Of a DNA stretch of 64,000 nt, positions 22,106-34,131 are shown piece by piece. A model generated the notes under the pieces. That model was not told the origin of the DNA and made no database searches. It worked only from the letters and a program-made list of their open reading frames with translations. The position numbers and the translations under genes were made by a program. Within the stretch, counting starts at the first letter, position 1. Every line of letters starts with the position of its first letter. The stretch lies in contig OZ250169.1 of NCBI GenBank assembly GCA_965237955.1, positions 416,001-480,000 of the forward strand. Direction: 5' to 3'. This DNA comes from Candidatus Marinacidobacterales bacterium. Its GTDB lineage: Bacteria > Acidobacteriota > Vicinamibacteria > Marinacidobacterales > SMYC01.

Positions 22106-24943
22106 GGTTGATGCCCCGGCCTTCGTTGAGCGACTGACCTCATGATGATAGAAATCGAGACCAGGATCAAGTGTCGCCGGGGTTGATGCCCCGGCCTTCG
22201 TTGAGCGCATTGGTCCTTCGCCCAAAGCTCCAATAGTTTCGCGTGTCGCCGGGGTTGATGCCCCGGCCTTCGTTGAGCGGCGGTCGCAACGATCAAGTGG
22301 TGCGTGCCATGGCGCTGGTGTCGCCGGGGTTGATGCCCCGGCCTTCGTTGAGCGGGGATCTACTCCGAGCGCTGGGCCTGGCACCGCGGCATGTGTCGCC
22401 GGGGTTGATGCCCCGGCCTTCGTTGAGCGCGTTACTAGTAGTCAAGAGAATAAGGGCGGAAATCGAGTGTCGCCGGGGTTGATGCCCCGGCCTTCGTTGA
22501 GCGTGCTGCCATCTGTACCTGCGAGCAAGTAGTATGACCACGTGTCGCCGGGGTTGATGCCCCGGCCTTCGTTGAGCGCCGCGCTCGCCTTCGGCCAGCC
22601 GCAGATCCCCGAGTGTCGCCGGGGTTGATGCCCCGGCCTTCGTTGAGCGGGTAAAGTACCGACACTCGCTCTTGGGTACGGGGGAGCCGTGTCGCCGGGG
22701 TTGATGCCCCGGCCTTCGTTGAGCGGAGGCGTTCAGCGACAAGCTGATCGCGCTGGAGCGAGGTGTCGCCGGGGTTGATGCCCCGGCCTTCGTTGAGCGT
22801 CGCAGTAGCGCAACTGGACGTACGGCGCGGGCGGATGTGTCGCCGGGGTTGATGCCCCGGCCTTCGTTGAGCGTGTCCCAGTTCGAGGAGCCTAAGGGCG
22901 GCGATCTCGCGGGTGTCGCCGGGGTTGATGCCCCGGCCTTCGTTGAGCGAGGCACGCCAGAAGAGAAGGCCGAGCACGAGTAGTGGGTGTCGCCGGGGTT
23001 GATGCCCCGGCCTTCGTTGAGCGCGGCCACGCGCCCATCTGAGCGACGCGGTCGATCCGCGCGTGTCGCCGGGGTTGATGCCCCGGCCTTCGTTGAGCGT
23101 CCTATTCCTCTCGCCGGACCGACCATTTGGGCAAACGTGTCGCCGGGGTTGATGCCCCGGCCTTCGTTGAGCGAGGGTCGGTCGCGATTGCGATCCAGGC
23201 GGGTCTCGAGGTGTCGCCGGGGTTGATGCCCCGGCCTTCGTTGAGCGTCTGCCGCGGTCGGGCAACTGCACGACTAAAACAGGAGTGTCGCCGGGGTTGA
23301 TGCCCCGGCCTTCGTTGAGCGTGGGCTGCCCGGGCGGTCGGCATTCCCGTCGTCGGACTGGTGTCGCCGGGGTTGATGCCCCGGCCTTCGTTGAGCGCAT
23401 CTCTGCTACTGGCGGGGGCGCGGGGGACGGCGTCGCGTGTCGCCGGGGTTGATGCCCCGGCCTTCGTTGAGCGGTTATATCGGCGAGGGAAAGATCGTCG
23501 AGCTCGTCGTGTCGCCGGGGTTGATGCCCCGGCCTTCGTTGAGCGCTGTTCGAGTCGCAGAGCGGCGATTACTACGTCGGCGTGTGTCGCCGGGGTTGAT
23601 GCCCCGGCCTTCGTTGAGCGGACTACAGCGATCGCGAGCTCGGCAGATCGATGCTGGTGTCGCCGGGGTTGATGCCCCGGCCTTCGTTGAGCGAAGCTGG
23701 CGCCCATCCGGTGCCGGAAAAGGAGTAGAATGTGTCGCCGGGGTTGATGCCCCGGCCTTCGTTGAGCGTATCTGCGGCCAGGGACGTTCGCTGCGTCAGA
23801 ACGGCGGTGTCGCCGGGGTTGATGCCCCGGCCTTCGTTGAGCGGACGTGCAGGTCGGGCTTGAGTTCATCGAGTTCCCGTGTCGCCGGGGTTGATGCCCC
23901 GGCCTTCGTTGAGCGCCGCCGTCGTGCACTCCCCCGCAGACTCCCCACGGGCCGTGTCGCCGGGGTTGATGCCCCGGCCTTCGTTGAGCGGACGGAACGG
24001 GCACCATGATCGACCTCGCCAATCGAGGTGTCGCCGGGGTTGATGCCCCGGCCTTCGTTGAGCGTACCGAACCGGCAACTTCACGCTGTTCGACGATCAC
24101 GTGTGTCGCCGGGGTTGATGCCCCGGCCTTCGTTGAGCGCAGTCCTGCACGGTGGGGCTTGGGTTCGCCGCGCGGTGTCGCCGGGGTTGATGCCCCGGCC
24201 TTCGTTGAGCGGAATTCGTGCGTACTTGATCATGCGCACGCGCGAGTGTCGCCGGGGTTGATGCCCCGGCCTTCGTTGAGCGGCGTCCTTCACCTTCTCG
24301 TCGAGGCGGAGCAGCTCGAGTGTCGCCGGGGTTGATGCCCCGGCCTTCGTTGAGCGTGTTCGCCGGAGTGTGAGCGCGAGGCGCGGAAGGCCCGTGTCGC
24401 CGGGGTTGATGCCCCGGCCTTCGTTGAGCGCGAAAGAAGTTTGCCGAAAGTGCGGTGGGCGTGGCGTGTGTCGCCGGGGTTGATGCCCCGGCCTTCGTTG
24501 AGCGCGCCGCGTCGCTACCATTTCTGACAGTGAGATCACGAAGTGTCGCCGGGGTTGATGCCCCGGCCTTCGTTGAGCGCTCGAAGTACTCGGCGAGCCC
24601 GGATTTGAGGACGAGTGTCGCCGGGGTTGATGCCCCGGCCTTCGTTGAGCGCTCTTCACCACGAACGCGATGAACTGCACTATGACCGTGTCGCCGGGGT
24701 TGATGCCCCGGCCTTCGTTGAGCGCAGACATGGTTGAGGGCGGTGGCGTCGGCGAGGCCTGTGTCGCCGGGGTTGATGCCCCGGCCTTCGTTGAGCGCAG
24801 ACATGGTTGAGGGCGGTGGCGTCGGCGAGGCCTGTGTCGCCGGGGTTGATGCCCCGGCCTTCGTTGAGCGTCATGCCGAACACCCGCACATTCCCTCCTC
24901 GGCCTCGTGTCGCCGGGGTTGATGCCCCGGCCTTCGTTGAGCG
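22106..24943 (+). CRISPR. CRISPR array: 38 full 37-nt repeats plus 1 partial, 38 spacers of 34-39 nt; repeat resembles type I-G (I-U)
   Basis: Repeat GTGTCGCCGGGGTTGATGCCCCGGCCTTCGTTGAGCG with a CCGGGG/CCCCGG stem; orientation and subtype are inferred from the TTGAGCG 3' end; no cas gene in the window. Confidence 0.97.
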
Positions 24944-24956
24944 TCCTCGGGATCGC

Positions 24957-25232
24957 TGCCCCGCGCCAAAACTCGGCCTTTTTGAAATAGACCATAAATC
25001 GGCAGCTTAGTGTCTGTGTTTGCGACCGGGCCAAGGGCCGTGGGCTTTACAATTGTCTGGCCCGAGGGTGTTATCTTCAGAACCATGATGACGTACCACG
25101 TGCAATTCTTACTGCTCGTTCTGGCTGGCTGGGTCAACCCGTCTGGTCAAAATACTCGAACGCCCAGCGGGTCAGCGGTTTGCACCTTCCCAAAGGCCGC
25201 TTGAATCCGCCATCGCGGTCGGATACGTATTC
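24957..25232 (+). mobile_element. Degenerate rve-element left end fused to an inverted copy of about 643-736
   Basis: [40 protein letters not shown], then CCCGTCTGGTCAAAATACTCG. Confidence 0.8.
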
Positions 25233-25384
25233 TCAAGTTCAGCGGAAGGAGTCGCGATGGACTGGAAGACCATACTGGCCTTCGTGAGCATCACCAGCGA
25301 TATATTTGGGTCCAACTTCTACGATTTCTTCTACGACTGGGAAGTGTCCTGGCAGTAGTTGACGGAGGCGTTGGGTCGCAGCTA

Positions 25385-25572
25385 CTCCGAACGATTCTTC
25401 CGCAAGCTGTTGAAGGGGCAAGGCCACCCGCCCTGGCGGCTGGTCACCGACAAGCGGCGTTGTTGCACGGCCCGGAGCAAATGGCTGACCTCCCTGTGCC
25501 GGTCGCAGAGTCACCCGGCGCAGCTGCTGATTCATGGTCTATTTCAAAAAGGCCGAGTTTTGGCACAGGACG
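25385..25572. mobile_element. Stacked fragments of an IS6 transposase, an IS5 end and an rve-element end
   Basis: RFFRKLLKGQG..LVTDK; GGCGTTGTTGCACGG at 25455; TTTTGGCACAGGACG ending at 25572. Confidence 0.8.
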
Positions 25573-25750
25573 ACCACCAACACCGCTCTACCGAGCCATT
25601 CGCTCGCCGTATCCTTACAGAACCATCCGGCTGGAAAAGTTTTTGTCCACACCCGTCGTGTCCGATAATACGAACGGAGCCCAAAAGCTCGAATCCTAGA
25701 GGTGTTCTCGGACACGACGAGTCTGGACTCCTTTTTTTGAGCTTGTTCGC

Positions 25751-27064
25751 CTACTTGAAGGAGGTGGCCGCGCGCCTGCCAAAGTGCTTCTGGTAAAGGA
25801 AGGAGACAAACATCAAAACCAGTCCTAGCACGAGGAACGATAGGATGCGATAACCCCGTTCCAAAAAGGATATATCAATCAGGAACGCCTTCAGCACAAC
25901 CACACCAATGAGAGCCAGCCCCTGCCGGCGCAAGGCCGCGGAACCACGCTGCACTCCCAACACAATGTGTACGGATGAGTAAAGAATCCACAACAGCGAG
26001 AGTGCCAGTTGTTGGGATAGCCGCGGCTCAATGATAGTCGTTTCCACCCGGCCAAATGCCTCCCAGATTTCCATGGAAAGGGCCGAGAGGATTAACACAT
26101 TTGCAGCAAGACCGACAGCTTTGAAGATGCGCTCTTCGTAGCCCGAAAGTGCACCCTCACCTTCATGGTGTTCCCTTGCCAGAAAGAAGGCTACAGCGAA
26201 ACAGGCCGCCGCAACCGCAAAGGTGGCAAAACGAGGATTGGAAAGGAAGCGGTCAGCTTGAATCGGCAGGGCCCACAGTCGAATTGCCACCAGGACGAAA
26301 AGCGAAAGTCCGAACCATCGCAGCAGATAATGTCTGATGCGTAGTCCGGTCCACACCAGTACGGTTCCTTCAATCGCCCACGCCATCGTGACCCATTTAC
26401 CGTCGAACTGGGTGAGTACAGCGAGGGTTATCAGCGTGAGCCCCAGTCCCGTGTAGAGCAATGCCGTCGGAGAAGTCGTCCCCCTCTCATCTTGTGCGGC
26501 CAACCAGGCCACACTCAAGTGGATCGCCACCAACACCAACAGCCACAAAGTAAGAGACCCTCGGTAATGCTCGTAGAGCATGGCGTTAAGTGCCGCCAGG
26601 TACCAGGTCACGTTTGCCAGCACGACGACCATCTGTGCGGCACGCAATTTCGGTCCCCGACGCGCTTGCAAAAGTGGAATGACTCCGAACTCGGTGAAGA
26701 AAGCGGTCGCAAAGAAGAAAGTCAGAAGAAGTTTTTCCGAGGTGTAGTATTGGTCGTACCAGGTGGTGAAATAACCGATTGTCCAGACCAGGCAGACAAT
26801 TTCCAGAGCGCGCCAGGTGCGCCACCGCGACAGCACCAGCAGGCCCGCGTTGAGCACTGCCAGATAGCTGAACAACGTACGCTGTGAGTCTTCTCCAGTA
26901 CTCAACAACGCGGGAGTCAGAAAGCCACCCAGCATCGCCAGAAATGCGACCGACTGCGAGTTACGCCGAATGGCCACCGTAAGCATTCCCGCAGTAACCG
27001 CCAACATTGCGATAAACGCCACGCCTTGCTCCGCCAGCAGTGGTGCAACGAACCCACCGTGCAC
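25751..27064 (-). pseudogene. DUF2339-like multi-pass membrane protein, probably 5'-truncated near the IS6 IR
   Basis: LGGFLTPALLSTG..LFSYL..LN, AWAIEG, LKAF..D...L..GYRILSFLVLG..L...SFLY. Confidence 0.75.
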
Positions 27065-27112
27065 GGCGGTAAATCGACACGGCCATCGGCGTGAGGTTCA
27101 GACTGTCGCGCT

Positions 27113-27937
27113 GGTATTGTCAAGTTTTCCACGGCCTGACGGCCACCCCGAATGAATGAAACGCGGCAGTCTCTGGAGGTGGCACCGGCTCAACACAACG
27201 CCTGAGGGAGCTCGGTTTTGACGTCACTGCCCCCAAACGCTACACCCTGAGTTTCTTATTAGTTGACGTTAAGCGAGCGAACCTATCGTGTCGAGCTGAC
27301 TTTCTTTGCTCTCGTCATGCGGCACACGTTACCTCGTGCCAAACGATGAAAGCGCGGTCTCGTAGCTCCCGATGATGACGCGCTTGCAACAAATGCCGTC
27401 CGACGCGAAAGAGGTTTTGCACGAGTCCATGCACGGTCAAGAATCGTTGCGCCTGCCCAGGAGTTTTAAACTTCCGCATCTGTCGTTCCCGTTGTCGCGT
27501 CGGTTCGTGCGAGACTTCGGCTAGGTTGTTTCTGTACTGGTCAGTGTCGTGGACGACGGACGGCATGACCTCGCGGTGAGCGGCGCTGTAGCTTCTCAGC
27601 TTGTCGGTGACCAGCTGCCAGGGCGGGCGGCCTTGCCCCTTCAACAGCTTGCGGAAGAATCGTTTGGCGGCTTTCTGATCACGGCGAGGCTGGACGAGGA
27701 TATCAATCACATCACCATCTTGGTCTACCGCGCGCCAGAGGTATTGGCGTTCACCTTGTATCTTTATGAAGACCTCGTCTAGGTGCCACGTGTCACCGAG
27801 ACGACCCTGCCGACGCTTCAGTCGCCGAGCGTATTCCGGCCCGAACTTGATGCACCACAGTCGGATCGCTTCGTAAGAGACCGTGATGCCTCGCTGAGCA
27901 AGCAGCTCTTCGACGTTTCGAAAGCTCACGCAGAATC
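27113..27937 (-). mobile_element. IS6-family copy 2; 5' end replaced by a group II intron and right IR split by a ~135 bp insert
   Basis: Near-identical to 4080-4765; GGTATTGTCAAGTT at 27113 resumes as AGTTGACG at 27261. Confidence 0.85.
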
Positions 27938-28040
27938 GTTGAGTAGGCCGGGGAGTCACACCCCCAGCCTCTCGCAGAACGGTACGTGAACCTCTCGACT
28001 CATACCGCTCCAATCAGGCGAACACACCTGTCATCCCGAG
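27938..28040 (-). ncRNA. Group II intron 3' remnant (DV-DVI, RmInt1/class D-like)
   Basis: Minus strand GAGCGGTATGAGTCGAGAGGTTCACGTACCGTTCTGCGAGAGG..CCCCGGCCTACTCAAC. Confidence 0.85.
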
Positions 28041-28230
28041 GTGCCCTCTACACTAATTTCAAGGAGCGGATTGTCTCAAGGATGTTGGCACAGAGGGTCA
28101 CAACACGGTTCTCCTCCTGCAGATACTCAAGAATCTTCTGCTGCTCCTAGTTCAACCAACCAGCCAGGAACGAAACCAGGAAGATTCGTGGCGGCACGGC
28201 ACACGAGCGGGAGCATCCAGACTTGGGAAC

Positions 28231-28523
28231 CTACTCCTGAAGAAGCCGGATCACGTATCCCAAGATGCCAGAGCCGAGTCCGATTCCAGCTTTCACGATA
28301 TGGGATTCGTTGCGTCTAAAGAAGTTTGCATGTTCGTGGCGCTTCTTTAAGAAGAGTAGATTGCGGCGAATCTTAATCCGCCCGCTGGCGAAAATATAGA
28401 CGCCAAGCGCGGCCAAGAAGAGGAGCCACGCCGCAGCGTTATTGTGGTAGCGCGACAAAACAAAACCGTACATTATCAAGACTGGCAGGGCGAAACAGGC
28501 GGTCCGCACTAAAAACCAGAGCG
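28231..28523 (-). pseudogene. Membrane protein C-terminal fragment
   Basis: Hydrophobic frame cut by the element end at 28524. Confidence 0.4.
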
Positions 28524-29315
28524 CGTCCTGTGCCAAAACTCGGCCCTTTTGAAATAGCCCATAAATCAGCAGTTTAGCGTCTGTGTTTGCGACCGGGCCA
28601 AGGGCCGTAGGCTTTACGGTCGTCTGGACCGAAGGTGTTATCTTCAGCTCCATCATAATGTACCACGTGCAATTCCTACTGCTCGTTCTAGCTGGCTGAG
28701 GCAACCGCCATCAGCAGGATATGATCGACTACCTCCGAAAGGAGAACTGTGATGCAAATCAACGCTGCATCGAGTTTTTGCGGAGCACCGGTACGGGAAG
28801 GTGAATGAACACAACGGCCTGGTGCCGCGGGATCACTGGATCGAAGAATGGGAGCGCCAGTCCGTGATCGACTACTTCGACTGCCACCCACTGGACGGGT
28901 ATCGCCGACTCACGTTCATGATGCTGGACGAAGACGTGGTGGCAGTTAGCCCCTCGACGACGTCGTCCTGTGCCAAAACTCGGCCCTTTTGAAATAGACC
29001 ATAAATCAGCAGCTTAGTGTCTGTGTTTGCGACCGGGCCAAGGGCCGTAGGCTGTACAATCGTCTGGCCGAGGGTGTTATCTTCAGTTCCATGATGACGT
29101 ACCACGTGCAATTTCTACTGCTCGTTCTGGCTGGGTCAACCGCCAGCAGCAGGATGTGATCGACTACCTGCAAGAGGAGAACCGTGTGCTCCGAGCCAGG
29201 CTTCGGGGCAAGCGTCTCAGGCTCTCTGACGACGATCGGCGCAGGCTCGCCGTCAAGGCCCAGGCTTTGGGCCGCGAGGCGCTGGCCCAGATTGCGTCCG
29301 TTGCCACACCCTCTA
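28524..29315 (+). mobile_element. Two tandem truncated rve-element left ends (28524, 28964) around an IS3 orfB fragment (about 28790-28960)
   Basis: Terminal 20-mer occurs twice; GKVNEHNGLVPRDHW..GYRRLTFMMLD..VAVSPST; [12 protein letters not shown]. Confidence 0.8.
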
Positions 29316-29490
29316 CGCTTGTGCGCTACAGCCATGAGAGCGACGTCCTGCGAACTCGTCTTCGACCCGGTGGAAATCCTGCACGCTGTCGCCGCCGGGC
29401 GACCGACGCCTACTCGGCACGTCACGCCAGAACGCTAAGCATCGGGTTGCGAATCTGAGGGACCGGACGTCATACTTAAAGGGCACCCGC

Positions 29491-30153
29491 ATGAATGTCA
29501 CCAAGCTCGACCAACTCCTCCAGTACGCTCTTGTGGTAGCCGCTCAAGCCCGGCACGGCGTAACCCTTACACAGCTAGTGAAATACGCCTACTTGGGAGA
29601 CCTTGAGTTCGCAAGATGCCACGAAGGGCAGACGTACACCGAGACAGAATGGAAGTTCTTACACTTTGGACCTTGGGCAGCGAGCGTCCAAGATCGCGTG
29701 CCAGATTCAATGGACGCGATCGGTGCTCGCGCGGACGAGTTTGAGGTTGAGGACGGTGGACACGGGGTTTCCTACTCCCTGGACGGCCAGTTCGACGATT
29801 CCCTCCTGACAAGATTCGAGCGCGAGCTCCCCGTAGAGATCGCACGGACTATCAAGTACGCTGTTCACAAATATGTCCATAATGCCAATTCACTGCTGCA
29901 CTTCGTCTACGCAACCGAGCCAATTCTGAACGCCGCGCCTGGCGAGGTCCTCGAGTTTTGCACGGCGCGCCCGCCCGAAACGCCGTCGTCCCAAGAGGCG
30001 CTGACGGCTTCACCCCCCATGAGTAGGAAAGCGCTCCGAGAACGGCGCGCGAAGTTTGCGGAAGTCCGCGAGGAGGCACGGCATCGCATGCACGAATATC
30101 TCGAGCGTCGCCATGCTCTTCAGAAGCAGGCGGCGGTGACGCCGCCCGCGTGA
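29491..30153 (+). CDS. SocA/Panacea (DUF4065)-like antitoxin domain protein
   Basis: LTQLVKYAYLGDL......G.TYT...W.FLHFGPW motif; LLHFVYATEP. Confidence 0.65.
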   Translation: MNVTKLDQLLQYALVVAAQARHGVTLTQLVKYAYLGDLEFARCHEGQTYTETEWKFLHFGPWAASVQDRVPDSMDAIGARADEFEVEDGGHGVSYSLDGQFDDSLLTRFERELPVEIARTIKYAVHKYVHNANSLLHFVYATEPILNAAPGEVLEFCTARPPETPSSQEALTASPPMSRKALRERRAKFAEVREEARHRMHEYLERRHALQKQAAVTPPA

Positions 30154-30360
30154 GAATAGGAGATGGATGACATGAACAGCCCCAAGGAAATTCCTTTGCG
30201 CTCAGACTGGATGTAACTGGTCGCTGCAGACGCTTTCCGAGCTCGGCCAGAGACCGCCGTTCGCCATCGGTCAGGCACAGCGACCCTGGGTCTGAATTCG
30301 AAGAACTGGATTCTTGGCCACAAGATACTCGTTGCGCAGGAGCAACTCCTCATCCACGGA

Positions 30361-30440
30361 CCCTGGCCCGGTCGCAAACACAGACGCTAAGCTACTGATT
30401 CATGGTCTATTTCAAAAAGGCCGAGTTTTGGCACAGGACG
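30361..30440 (-). mobile_element. Isolated rve-element left end
   Basis: Reverse copy of the terminal ~80 bp. Confidence 0.8.
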
Positions 30441-30444
30441 GCCA

Positions 30445-30585
30445 CGGCGGACTCGGTAGTACCGCGTCGCCCCGGCCGTCAGGCGGGTATAGGAGTAGGC
30501 GGTGGCGGGGGTGCCGGTGTTTGTTGCCAGAATGTCCAGGGTTCCGCCGCCATCGATGGACATCTCGATCCGCTAGTCCCCTGTA
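30445..30585 (-). pseudogene. Fibronectin type III domain fragment (not in the ORF track)
   Basis: TGD*RIEMSIDGGGTLDILATNTGTPATAYSYTRLTAGATRYYRVR. Confidence 0.6.
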
Positions 30586-30707
30586 TCAGAACAAACTAGA
30601 TAAAGCAGAGCTTGCCGAAACCCTTCTAAGTGCATGAATCTTATGAATCTTATGGGCTGGCGAAAAGCCTAACTTTGTATACTAATCAAAGATCCAGGGG
30701 ACTAGCC

Positions 30708-31448
30708 CGTCGTGTCCAAAAATACAAATGCGTTGCAAGCCCTTGATGGTCGTGCTCTTCTTGATAATGAGAAGCAGCCGTAGCGACGCCGTCGGTACGG
30801 CGAACAGATCCATCGCGGCGATGTCGTCCTTGTGGTTCCGCAAGAACGCAATCCATCGCTTCACTTCGTCGGGTTCGGCTCGGCGGTGCGGCATGTATCG
30901 CGACACCGTCATCTCGCTGACAACGAATCCGAGCTTCGTCAGCTCAGCGTGGATACGAGGTGCACCCCAGCCGTCTTGGGCCATCGTGCGGACGAGACGA
31001 CGAATCTCGGCATCAATCCGAGGTCGACCTGGATAGCGCGGACGGGAGATCCGAGCCCAGTATCGGCGGAACCGATCTCGATTCCACCGGGCGACCGTGT
31101 CGGCGTTCACGATAACGAGCCGGCTCGCCCACGCTGGCCACGAGCTTCGGAGCGCAACCCAGAATGCTCGGTCCGTGTCCTCGAGCGGTGGCCGGGGGCG
31201 CTCCTTCTTCAACGCCGTAACTTGCTGCCGCAGGGCCAGGTTTTCAATCACGAGGTCGGCTCGGCACCGACACATCGCCCGGATCGCACGGGCGCCGAGT
31301 GAGACGAGGAAGATGAGGACACGGAGCATGGCGGCAGAGTTTGCCGTCTCAAGACCGGGATCTCAAGCGGGAGATGCGCTCGTTGGCCGAGGCGTGAACG
31401 GTGCGTAAGTCCTTGATTTCAGGAGCGGACGGATATTGATGATGCACA
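30708..31448 (-). mobile_element. Internally deleted rve-type element, second subfamily (ORF starts at 31329)
   Basis: LVIENLALRQQ, WGAPRIHAELTKLG, FLRNH..IAAMDLF.VPT; ends CGTCGTGTCCAAAAATAC and GATGCACA; IHF-like box near 31405. Confidence 0.75.
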
Positions 31449-31484
31449 GGTTGCGCTATCGGGACTTGATGGCCCAATCCGTAA

Positions 31485-32045
31485 TCAGCCGTCGTCATCG
31501 CCGTGTTCGCCTAGAAGTACCTCCAATGCCTCGTTGAATTCCTTTGTTGAGATCTTTCCTAATGCATTGTTGCTAATCGAGAACTGTATTAGAACTCCAC
31601 CACCATCTTGCACGAACTTTCGCGTAACCTTAGATACGGAGATGTCTTCAAAGTCCGTTCCAATCAGGTTATTCTGCCCGAAAATCGCGCGACCGATTCT
31701 CTGTAGTTGCATCCCTTTCGTCATCTGCCGTCTCCTATTCCGCACACCGAAATCATCTGCCAAGGATTTAGTGGAGAGAGATCAAACTAAAGCTTTGCAA
31801 TCGGCGGTCTGGTGTTGAACAACAACCGCTCCGACTTTGTTGTTCACAGTTCCACTCCAAGAAAGCTGCCATACAGTATGCGTTCCAAGCTTCAGACGTT
31901 CCAGTTCCAGATGCGCTACTGGCCTCTTCTTGGATGACCACCGCGTTCCCAACCACATTCGGAGGCCATCGCGTTCAAAGAGCTTCTTTCGTTTTAACTG
32001 ATGGTTATACTTGATAGTAGTGATGGTCCTCATCTTCGCCTCCAC
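31485..32045 (-). pseudogene. Low-GC hypothetical gene broken into several ORFs
   Basis: Overlapping short ORFs on one strand in visibly AT-richer DNA. Confidence 0.35.
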
Positions 32046-32351
32046 TTAAGGATTTGACGCTGACTTTGCAAATTGTATCAGACCGCCCTGGCAGGGCTCA
32101 CCTGTGGAGTGTCAAGAGTAGTGTAGCGGCACAACGCGCCGGCGCCACTTAGCCATTGAGCAAGCGCCTTTTCGGGCGACCGAATTTCGTCCACCGATCG
32201 GTAGAAGTGATTTTCCCATCCACACTCGGAAAGGCCGGAAAAGATCATCGTGTTGAGCGGATAGGATTCGCAGTCGTTGCTGTTTCGCCGGTCATCAGCT
32301 GGAACATGACAGTCCTGAAGTTAAAATACGCACATGGAAAAAGGAGCTGTC

Positions 32352-32485
32352 ATGAGCAAAGGTCGTCGTCGTCACACTGCGGAGCAAAAGGCAGAGCTGT
32401 TGCGCCAGCACGTTGCCGAGAAAAAGCCGGTCTCGGAGGTATGCAACGAGGCAGAAATCCAGCCGAGCCTATTCTACACATGGCA
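32352..32485 (+). pseudogene. IS3-family orfA fragment
   Basis: MSKGRRRHTAEQKAELLRQH..KKPVSEVC....IQPSLFYTWQ after AGGAG. Confidence 0.7.
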
Positions 32486-32589
32486 ACCGAAACAGTACGG
32501 CCTTCGGGTCTGGAACCCGTGTTGATCAAAGGCGCCCAATACAAGACCTGCCCTCTGACCGGAACACGATGTGCCACAACGCGCCACCC

Positions 32590-34017
32590 CGTCCTGTGCC
32601 AAAACTCGGCCCTTTTGAAATAGGCCATAAATCAGCAACTTAGTGTCTGTGTTTGCGACTGGGCCAAGGGCCGTGGGCTTTACAATCGTCTTGGGCGGGC
32701 GGGTCGTCACCATGCAGATGACCACCTAGTCGAGAGCGAATATCGAAGCGTGTTCCTGAAGCTGTTTCCACGCTACGCCGGTCGAGCCCGCCGAGGGGCT
32801 ACCGTCGCCGGCGACCATCTACGCGGCACGGCAGTAGTAGTTGAGAATGCCCCCAAGTCGCTCTCGCGACACGATGGGGCCAGCGTCATTCGCGCTTGCC
32901 GGCAGAGGTGTGAGGAGCTCGTTGCCGAGACCTTGGTGGTTCCGTTCTGTGTGATAGTGCACTACGTATTCGGTTACCGCTGTGCGCAGGTGTCGCTCGC
33001 TGAGAGGTACGAAGCGGTCGAGACACTCTCGACGTATGGAGAGAACGAATCTTTCCGCATATGCGTTCAGATTCGGACTATTAGCGGGAAGGCGAAGGGG
33101 CTTCACGCCTGAATCTCTCAACAGCCCACGTACCGCCTCGGTGAATAGCGGGTCCCGGTCGTGGATGAGGTATCGCTTGCCAAGGAGGAAACCATCCCAC
33201 ATGGCCGTGAGGTTTCTTGCCACCTGCTTCATCCACTCCCCGTTGGGGTCCGACGTTATCCCACCGATGCACACGCAGCGAGTGGCGATATCGATGACAA
33301 ACAGGACATGGTAGCGGACGAGCCCGAACGGGTTCACAACCTCGACGGTGAACAGGTCTGTCGCAGCGATGGCGCCCCAATGAGCCTTGATGAAGGTGCT
33401 CCACGACATGCTCCTGCCCCGCTCCGGCGCAGGAGCGATACCGTGCTCGGCGAGGATCCTCTTGATAGTGTTGCGTCCGAGTTCATGTCCTAGGTTCTTG
33501 AGTGCGCCTCGCAGGCGCGTATATCCCCACGTCGGGTTCTCCCGCGCCACGCGCACAATGAGCTCACGGATGTCCTTCGCCGTCGGAGGTCGGCCTGGAC
33601 TCCGGTTCTTGCTGCCATCGTACTTGGCTGCGATGAGGTGGCGGTACCAGCGCAGAAGCGTAGCGGGTGTGGCAACGGACGCAATCTGGGCCAGCGCCTC
33701 GCGGCCCAAAGCCTGGGCCTTGACCGCGAGCCTGCGCCGCTCGTCGTCCGAGAGACTGAGACGCTTGCCCCGAAGTCCGGCTCGGAGCACACGGTTCTCC
33801 TCTTGCAGGTAGTCGATCACATCCTGCTGCTGGCGGTTGACCCAGCCAGCTAGAACGAGCAGTAGGAATTGCACGTGGTACGTCATCATGGATCTGAAGA
33901 TAACACCCTCGGGCCAGACGATTGTAAAGCCTACGGCCCTTGGCCCCGGCGCAAACACAGACACTAAGCTGCTGATTTATGGCCTATTTCAAAAGGGCCG
34001 AGTTTTGGCACAGGACG
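32590..34017 (-). mobile_element. rve (integrase core) transposase element bounded by two inverted left ends; intact ORF at 32819-33889
   Basis: [23 protein letters not shown] (DDE); ~100-bp inverted ends. Confidence 0.88.
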
Positions 34018-34131
34018 GGGTGGTGCGATCGATGCCACCGGCTTTCGCTGAGTCGGCGACCGTAAAAAGTCGATCGACAGAGCATCAGAACGTCGAGGCA
34101 GAATTAGAGGGGCGTTGCGTCATCGTAGAGG

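Noticed and set aside
21021-24943. CRISPR-associated transposon or IS-encoded guide system
   Set aside because: No cas, tnpB/iscB, tniQ or tnsC; the IS5 breaks a repeat and its other copies have no array
21920-25034. Long repetitive ORFs (RSTKAGASTPAT, LNEGRGINPGDT)
   Set aside because: They are translations of the CRISPR repeat, which has no stop codon on the minus strand
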